A stretch of 64,000 nt of DNA, taken from Octopus sinensis (lineage: Eukaryota). The notes under the pieces are model-generated. The model worked only from the letters and a program-made list of their open reading frames with translations. It did not search any database and was not told where the DNA came from. The position numbers were made by a program, and so were the translations under genes. How positions within the stretch are numbered: position 1 is the stretch's first letter; every line of letters begins with the position of its first letter. The DNA is taken from contig NC_043008.1 of NCBI RefSeq assembly GCF_006345805.1, forward strand, positions 69,130,001 to 69,194,000, read 5' to 3'. This document shows, in pieces, positions 54,672 through 64,000 of this stretch.

Positions 54672-55609
54672 TACCACCATAATTGCACTCAACATTACTG
54701 TTATTAGGAATATCATAAATCATAATATTCATCCCCACTGATTACAAAAATCACCACCATTAACAACAATAAAGCGCTGTTGTTGCTGTCGCTGCAACTC
54801 ATCATCGTCATCGACATCGTCTTCATCATCATCATCATCGTCATCATCATCATCATCATCATCATCATCGATATTAACAGAAGCTGAAGCAGCAGTAAGA
54901 CCATCAATTTCAAAATTTCAACATCATCGTCACATTGTCATCATTATTCTCATCACCTAAATTTCCATGCATGAACACAAACAACACCATCATCACCACC
55001 AACACGGGGCCCTCATTGTCATCGTTGTTATCATCATCATCATCATTATGATCATCATCATCATCACCGTTATTATCATCTGCGCCACCTCCACTGTTAT
55101 CCTCCCAGTTGTCGCTATGAAATATTCTCTATGTAAGCCATGAATATTTGACATATTTGTCAGTCATACTGCCGATATATTATTTGGGTAGAGGTAATAT
55201 TGACACTTTATAATTAATTAATGTTCAACCAATTATAATTTTAATTAATTATATCATTAATTAATATATCTTTCCTAAAATCAACCTGCCAGGCCTGAAG
55301 ATATCGCACACTGTTTATTTCCTGTATTTCTCGCGCTGAGGAATTCTATTATTTCATTCAGTAGGATAAGACGTTAGTCTCTCTAAGGAAATTCAACATA
55401 AAATGTTGTCCCTGTTTTTTTTTTCTCTTGCTTTTAAAATCTTATTGTCAGAAGTCATTAAATTCCATACCAAGAATACTATATTAATAGGCAGTCTTTT
55501 ACTCGAAACAAAAGGGTATATACAGCAAATCAGTCAGGTAGACGACTAAACAAATGTTGTTCAGATTTTCCTTGTCTTAAACAGAAAGGCTAAAATCACA
55601 ATACCGGGA

Positions 55610-55665
55610 TATATAGATAGACAGACAGATAGATAGATAGATAGGTAGGTAGGTAGGTAGGTAGG

Positions 55666-55745
<80 letters not shown>

Positions 55746-55780
55746 AAGATAGACAGACAGACAGACAGATAGATAGATAG
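55610..55780. repeat. (AGAT)n/(AGGT)n/(AGAC)n array
   Basis: Direct. Confidence 0.96.
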
Positions 55781-56364
55781 CCTATCACAGTAGATTTCTC
55801 GAAGCAAGAATTGTTGATCATATCTGTTCAGGTATTTGAATTTCCCAGTTTTTTTCTTCTTTCTTTGTGCACCGTCAGGTCGCGAACAATCCTTGGTAAT
55901 ATCGTTGACAAGCGTTATTTTTTTCATGGGAGTCGCATTAAAAATATTCATTAAGGATAGAGGCAATATTAATACCGACAGATGACATTCATCCCCACTC
56001 AAACGTGGAGGTTCAGTTAGAACTAAACTGCTATAGTTACAATAAGTGAGGCTCTCATATGGTAAGCCCCGCTATCATTGACAAGACCAAAGAAGGTCGA
56101 AATCACGTGAATTTGTGGTCTCTGCGCAGAAGAGAAGACTACGGTTGAAATCTCTTTGGCCATAGGTTGACTGTTCAATAAATAAAAATTTAAAAAAACC
56201 TTGGGTTAAACAATAAAACAGCTCAGATTGTTATTCTCAAGATTGGACGAAATAGTATCACATGCAACGTAACAGACGTCCAAGTATGTGTATGTAAGTG
56301 TATATGTGTATGTAAGTGCAGTGAACTAAACGGTCACTGCACTTAAATTTTTCTTAAGCTAGGT

Positions 56365-56567
56365 GTTTATTGTATCGGTCTCTTTTGCCGAACACCTAAG
56401 TTATGGGGACGTAAACACACGAACATCGGCTGTGCGCTTAGGCAAACACATACACATACAGAGAATTACACTTTTACACACATGTACAGGACGGGCTTCC
56501 TTCGTTTTCCGTTAACAAAATCCACGTACAAGGGATTGGTAGACCTGAGGCCTCAGTAGAAGACACT
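56365..56567 (-). mobile_element. SINE family B internal fragment
   Basis: atcggtctcttttgccgaac...gacgggcttcc...gtagaagacact. Confidence 0.75.
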
Positions 56568-56633
56568 ATATATATATACTATATAGATATATATACATAT
56601 ATATATATATATGTATGTATGTATGTATCTATC

Positions 56634-56665
<32 letters not shown>

Positions 56666-56684
56666 ATATTATATATATATATAT

Positions 56685-57029
56685 GTAAGGGTAAAGACCC
56701 CCTTCGGTCATGAATGACCATGGGATTGCACCTAGAAAGTTACCCTCCTAGACACAAGTCCGGGCAAGTTGTTTTATGGAAGACCAGCAGTCGCCCATGC
56801 ATACCGGCCTCCCCTCTCCACGCCACCAGTGTTATCCACTGTGAAAGACAAAGGTCGATACAGCTTGGCACCTGTGACGTCGCAACTCATTTCTACAGCT
56901 GAGTGAACTGGAGCAACGTGAAATAAAGTGCTTTGCTCAAGAACAACAACACGCCCGCGGTCCGGATTCGAGCTCACAACCTCACGATCGTAAGCTCGAC
57001 GCTCTAACCACTGAGCCATGCGCCTTCAC
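56685..57029 (-). mobile_element. SINE family C, full length (copy 1)
   Basis: Head gtgaaggcgcatggctcagtggttagagcg...gagctcgaatccgg, then gtgttgttgttcttgagcaaagcactttatttcac central domain. Confidence 0.9.
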
Positions 57030-57049
57030 ATATATATGTATATATATAT

Positions 57050-57670
57050 AATATTATTAGAGACAAAACCACTATTTTGCAAAACAAACAAGGAAAGACT
57101 TAATCAATACATAAAATAATAGTTATCGCCATACTAATATGGCATTCTTATAAAAATAAGAAAAAAAGCTGTCCGCTTATTAGCTCCATGAGGCCATCGC
57201 CTTAAGTTAGCTATTTGATACACAAACTGTATCCATATAACCTTCGAACAAGGGAGGTCAGTCGCTCCACACTACTTGACCGGCATATTAGTATGGCGAT
57301 AACTATTATTTTCCGGGAACGCTGCCGCTGTTCTCTTTTAGAGAGACTTAGTTATTTTAATATTTCTATTATTGAAACAAGTGGATGTTTCCACCAAACT
57401 AGGTAAATAAAACCATCGAACAGAGATTGTCGGAAGCGACACCTACTGGCTGGCTACGCTGCATTGAAAAGGGGCAATACCCCGAAACGCGTCTGTAGCT
57501 GCCGTCAAGTAGTGTGGAGCGACTGACCTCCCTTGTTCGAAGGTTATTGGATACAGTTTGTGTATCAAATAGCTAACTTAAGGCGATGGCCTCATGGAGC
57601 TATAAGCGGACAGCTTTTTTTCTTATTTTTATAAGAATGCCATATTAGTATGGCGATAACTATTATTTTG
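57050..57670 (+). mobile_element. Non-autonomous Penelope-like/retrozyme-like element with inverted pLTR (copy 1)
   Basis: Inverted arms 57113-57285 and 57500-57669 with a 214-nt spacer carrying a hammerhead; 27-nt direct repeat at 57286 and 57643. Confidence 0.7.
57443..57512 (+). ncRNA. Type I hammerhead ribozyme, minimal helix III, U3-A8 variant (copy 1)
   Basis: GCUGCA-UUGAAAA-GGGG-CAAUA-CCCC-GAAA-CGCG-UC/UGUAGC; helix I extends through ggc/gcc and ctactggc/gtcaagtag; predicted cleavage after C57493. Confidence 0.75.
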
Positions 57671-57704
57671 TATATATAATATATGTAATGTATGTATGTA
57701 TCTA

Positions 57705-57757
<53 letters not shown>

Positions 57758-57760
<3 letters not shown>

Positions 57761-58100
57761 AGGGTAAAGACCCCCTTCGGTCATGAATGACCATGGGATT
57801 GCACCTAGAAAGTTACCCTCCTAGACACAAGTCCGGCAAGGTTTTTATGGAAGACCAGCAGTCGCCCATGCATACCGGCCTCCCCTCTCACACCACCAGT
57901 GTTATCCAAGGGAAAGACAAAGGTCGATACAGCTTGGCACCTGTGACGTCGCAACTCATTTCTACAGCTGAGTGAACTGGAGCAACGTGAAATAAGTGCT
58001 TTGCTCAAGAACACAACACACGCAGCCCGGTCCGGGATTCGAGCTCACAACCTCACGATCGTAAGCTCGACGCTCTAACCACTGAGCCATGCGCCTTCAC
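57758..58100 (-). mobile_element. SINE family C, full length (copy 2, tandem duplicate)
   Basis: Near-identical to 56685-57029; offset 1073 bp. Confidence 0.9.
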
Positions 58101-58119
58101 ATATATATGTATATATATA

Positions 58120-58730
58120 TATTTATTAGAGAAAAACCATATTTTGCAAAACAAACAAGGAAAGACTTAATCAATACATAAAATAATAGTTATCGCCATA
58201 CTAATATGGCATTCTTATAAAAATAGAAAAAAGCTGTCCGCTTATTAGCTCCATGAGGCCACGCCTTAAGTTAGCTATTTGATACACAAACTGTATCCAT
58301 ATAACCTTCGAACAAGGGAGGTCAGTCGCTCCACTTACTTGACCGGCATATTAGTATGGCGATAACTATTATTTCCGGGAACGCTGCCGCTGTTCTCTTT
58401 TAGAGAGACTTAGTTATTTTAATATTTCTATTATTGAAAAAAGTGGATGTATCCACCGAAACTAGGTAAATAAAACCATCGAACAGAGATTGTCGGAAGC
58501 GACACTACTGGCTGGCTACGCTGCATTGAAAAGGGGCAATACCCCCAGAAACGCGTCTGTAGCTGCCGGTCATAGTGTGGAGCGACTGACCTCCTTGTTC
58601 GAAGGTTATATGGATACATTTTGTGTATCAAATAGCTAACTTAAGGCGATGGCCTCATGGAGCTAATAAGCGGACAGCTTTCTATTTTTATAATAAATGC
58701 CATATTAGTATGGCGATAACTATTATTTTG
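58120..58730 (+). mobile_element. PLE/retrozyme-like element with inverted arms (copy 2)
   Basis: Arms 58180-58348 and 58564-58729; differs from copy 1 mostly by single-base indels. Confidence 0.7.
58520..58563 (+). ncRNA. Hammerhead ribozyme copy 2 (extra CA before GAAA)
   Basis: gctgca ttgaaaa gggg caata ccccca gaaa cgcg tc tgtagc; the insertion may be inactivating or a consensus error. Confidence 0.55.
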
Positions 58731-58764
<34 letters not shown>

Positions 58765-58799
58765 ATTTATATATAATATATAATATATATATATATATA

Positions 58800-58898
<99 letters not shown>

Positions 58899-59037
58899 GT
58901 GTGGTGTGTGTGTGTGTGTGTGTATGTGTGTGTGTGTGCGTGTTTGTGTGTGAGTGTATAAGATACAAGCTATTTTCGTTAAGATGATTTAAACCAATAG
59001 GTATGCTCTCTGAGTGCTCAATTTGGCATGTTTCTAG

Positions 59038-59112
59038 AATATTCAAGATATTGGAACGTCGTGTCAACCGAGGATTCCACCAGCTGATTATTTCACCATC
59101 AAAGGAGGAAAG
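59038..59112 (+). CDS. Candidate 75-nt internal coding exon, NIQDIGTSCQPRIPPADYFTIKGGK
   Basis: gtttctag| acceptor, open phase 0-0, AAG|GTTAAA donor (weak), locally raised GC. Confidence 0.28.
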
Positions 59113-61285
59113 GTTAAACAGATGTAACAGCGGAAGAACATTATTCATCAATAATTTTATTGTAGCACATTTTGTAGAGAACAGGAAGAGAAATCCAATT
59201 AAAAATCCAATTAATATAGCTATTCGTTTGGTAGATCCGTGAACAAATAAAACATCTGTACTGTCCATTAGTATAATCACATGTATATATTCTGCAAAAG
59301 TAGGTAAATAGGTAAATTCACTCCTGAATTTAACGACAGATCTTCGCAGTTTAAGTGTTATTGGATATTTGTTTCTTGGGATCGAAAGCACCTTCTAGAA
59401 CTCACATCACGTCTCTCTAAGCCACGATAAAGTCCGGCGCAACAAAGCTCGATATCAGATGTAAATATAATACAATATCGTATTTTTCAGATTTCAGTCA
59501 TTGCACTGTCGCCATACTGGGGTATCGTTTTCTAAATTTAAGGAGATCAAAATTAATGTTAATTGGTTTAGAATGTAACGGACGTAAGCATAGTAAAGCC
59601 TGGGTAAGTTATTTTCCGGACAGTCTACTTATACGGCCATTTGTCCACGTAGACACAAGGCATTCTCAGAATGCTAAAATTATGTTTTCATTCAGAAATC
59701 TCCGTACGTTTCTATTTCCGTTTTCGTTACGATCCTGTCTGAAGTAACACTAAAACAATATGGAAGTATTTTCACTGATATATCATTTTCTGGATGACAT
59801 CTGCATGAGCAATCCATAACGTTAAAAATGGCTTTGATTTTTAATAAAAAGAATATTTATACGACTTCATCTTCTCTGTTTTTGTTTGTTGATAACCGAA
59901 ATAGTTCTGAAACGTATTTCATCTGAAAATAACTATTAATTCATTCTAAGTCTATAAAATATCACAAAGACCTTCTGGGATGTAGAAATCTACTTTGGAC
60001 GTTCGTTAACTCTCTAAACTGGCATATTTATGATGCGTTTTGAAGATGCGACTGTTCTTTATTATTACGTTTAGTAAATGTTATGGTATCACACTGTTGG
60101 CTGTTGATAGAATTGTGAAGTTGATCAATTAGTATAACTAAGTGAGTGTTTGAGAATATGTAGATAGTCTCTAACAATGCTTTAAGTAAAATATAATGGC
60201 CTAGATACTTAGCGAAATATCTTTGTAATCGCTTCTCAGCAATGTGGATATATTTAAGCCTTTTGAATAGAATTCTTCTCTTTGTTATGTGTATAGCATA
60301 GCACATTATTGGCAATTATTGTCCCGAATATACCAGACTTTAGAACCTTTTATTGCTGAATTCATTTAGTATTTTTTATCCATTTTTAAGTTCGTAACCT
60401 GATAGCTATTGATCTTTCAACAATACTATCATTAAAAACCAAATGTATATTTGATATTTTGCTGTTTTTGTCTTTTAGTTCTTTTAGCAGAGTCGGAGAG
60501 AAACAGAGATGGAGAGAGAGGTAGAGAGAAACAGAAATGAGAATAAGGGGAGAGAAAGTGAAGTGGGGGAGAGAAAGAAAAAAAATCACATTTTCACTCG
60601 ATGATGGAATATGTGTAAAGAATGTTATAATTCTCTGTTATTAATACTTTGAAGAAAATGTGGAAAAAATAAATAAGGAAATAAATAGAAATAAAACTAC
60701 AACAGCAGCAACAACAACAACAAAAACAACAATAACAACATCAATAACAACAACAACAATAACCTATATTGTTAAAGCTAGTCAGAAAGAATCTTTGAGA
60801 TTTATTTAGAGTATCGCTGTTTACCTCGGTGAGGTTTTATTGATGGAGATATGAATAGAGGTAATGAAGTTATTGGTGTGTGGTGACGGTGGCGGTGAAC
60901 AGTATTGTTAGTGGTGGGGATAGTGGTAGTTGGTTGGTGTTGATGTGTGATGAGCAAAGGCAGTGGTGATGGTAGTGGTGGGGGTGGTGATGATAACACC
61001 GAACTAAATATACATTTAAAGAGATTTCTCCGATACAAATTACTCACAAACATTTCGTAATGTTATTTGTGTAAAGAATTAATTTGTGCAAGAGCGCTGC
61101 TAAACATCTAAAAATATTTTGTCAGTATATTTCGGTGTTGAAGTGATTCGAAGAGAAATTAGGTAGGCACCAGAATAGTTCTTATAATTTATGGAAGAAA
61201 TTCTATTGGAATAAAGAAGCATCTCGTAAAAAATTAATTAATTACAAAAAAAAAAGACGGAGAACAGAGAGAAGGAGAGAATGAA

Positions 61286-61337
<52 letters not shown>

Positions 61338-61479
61338 AAGAGAGTGGGAAGCATATTGAATTTTCCAAGGTGATGGAATGATAATTTGCCAGGATATATA
61401 TATATGAGGTGTACTTGTCACGAAGTGTTACACAATAAAGTATGATCAAAAATCATGGGACTTAATAACACTAATGAAA

Positions 61480-63658
<2,179 letters not shown>

Positions 63659-63982
63659 CATAGCCATGTGTTGAGAGGGATTCTTTGGGGTTTGAATAGT
63701 TCACCTCTGGAAACATGGGTGGTTCTTTCAACATCCTTAAACAACCCTTATTCAGGGACCTTTTGAGCGGGATGGGCTACTCAACCTGAGGAAAATTCTA
63801 ACTGGCCCCACCTGCAAGGTCATGTGCTGTTTATCTTGATATGAGATCACCATGTCGCGCACATATGGTTGTGATGCATGTGCCTGGTGTACCTTTATCA
63901 GACGGGTAGTCATGATGGGTATATTGGGCTTCGTATATTTTACCCCAGTGTCACTTTGATGGCATGAACTGCTCTCTCACTC
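63659..63982 (+). mobile_element. Truncated copy of the (TAA)n-embedded element, ending in (TAA)n
   Basis: Reverse complement of 12249-~12575; starts abruptly inside (TAA)n and ends ...ctctcactc(aat)n. Confidence 0.82.
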
Positions 63983-64000
63983 AATAATAATAATAATAAT

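Noticed and set aside
56960-57029. tRNA gene
   Set aside because: It is the tRNA-derived head of SINE family C; the anticodon arm does not pair and it continues into the SINE body.

Overview
Eukaryotic, AT-rich, repeat-dominated DNA. The very dense (TA)n/(CA)n/(TAA)n/(AGAT)n microsatellites and the SINE families match what I recall from Octopus (coleoid cephalopod); this is inference from memory, not a search. No protein-coding gene can be named. Almost all ORFs in the supplied track are microsatellite artefacts or decayed retroelement fragments. The window holds dozens of tRNA-headed SINEs from at least four families, relics of R4/Dong-like (RLE), Tx1/L1, CR1-like, RTE-like and Penelope-like (PLE) retroelements, a MITE and several minisatellites. 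The best candidate system is at 57050-58730. It is a non-autonomous PLE-type element with a structurally complete minimal type I hammerhead ribozyme (compensatory U3-A8 core pair, palindromic helix III) in the loop of a ~170-bp inverted repeat, present in two tandem copies. Other leads: a 35-bp pri-miRNA-like hairpin (35610-35684), a ~550-bp element inserted in (TAA)n tracts, a promoter plus possible first coding exon (19713-19857), and a small signal-peptide/KR ORF (47748-47936). Boundaries of degraded repeats are approximate. No CRISPR, rRNA or intact tRNA gene was seen.
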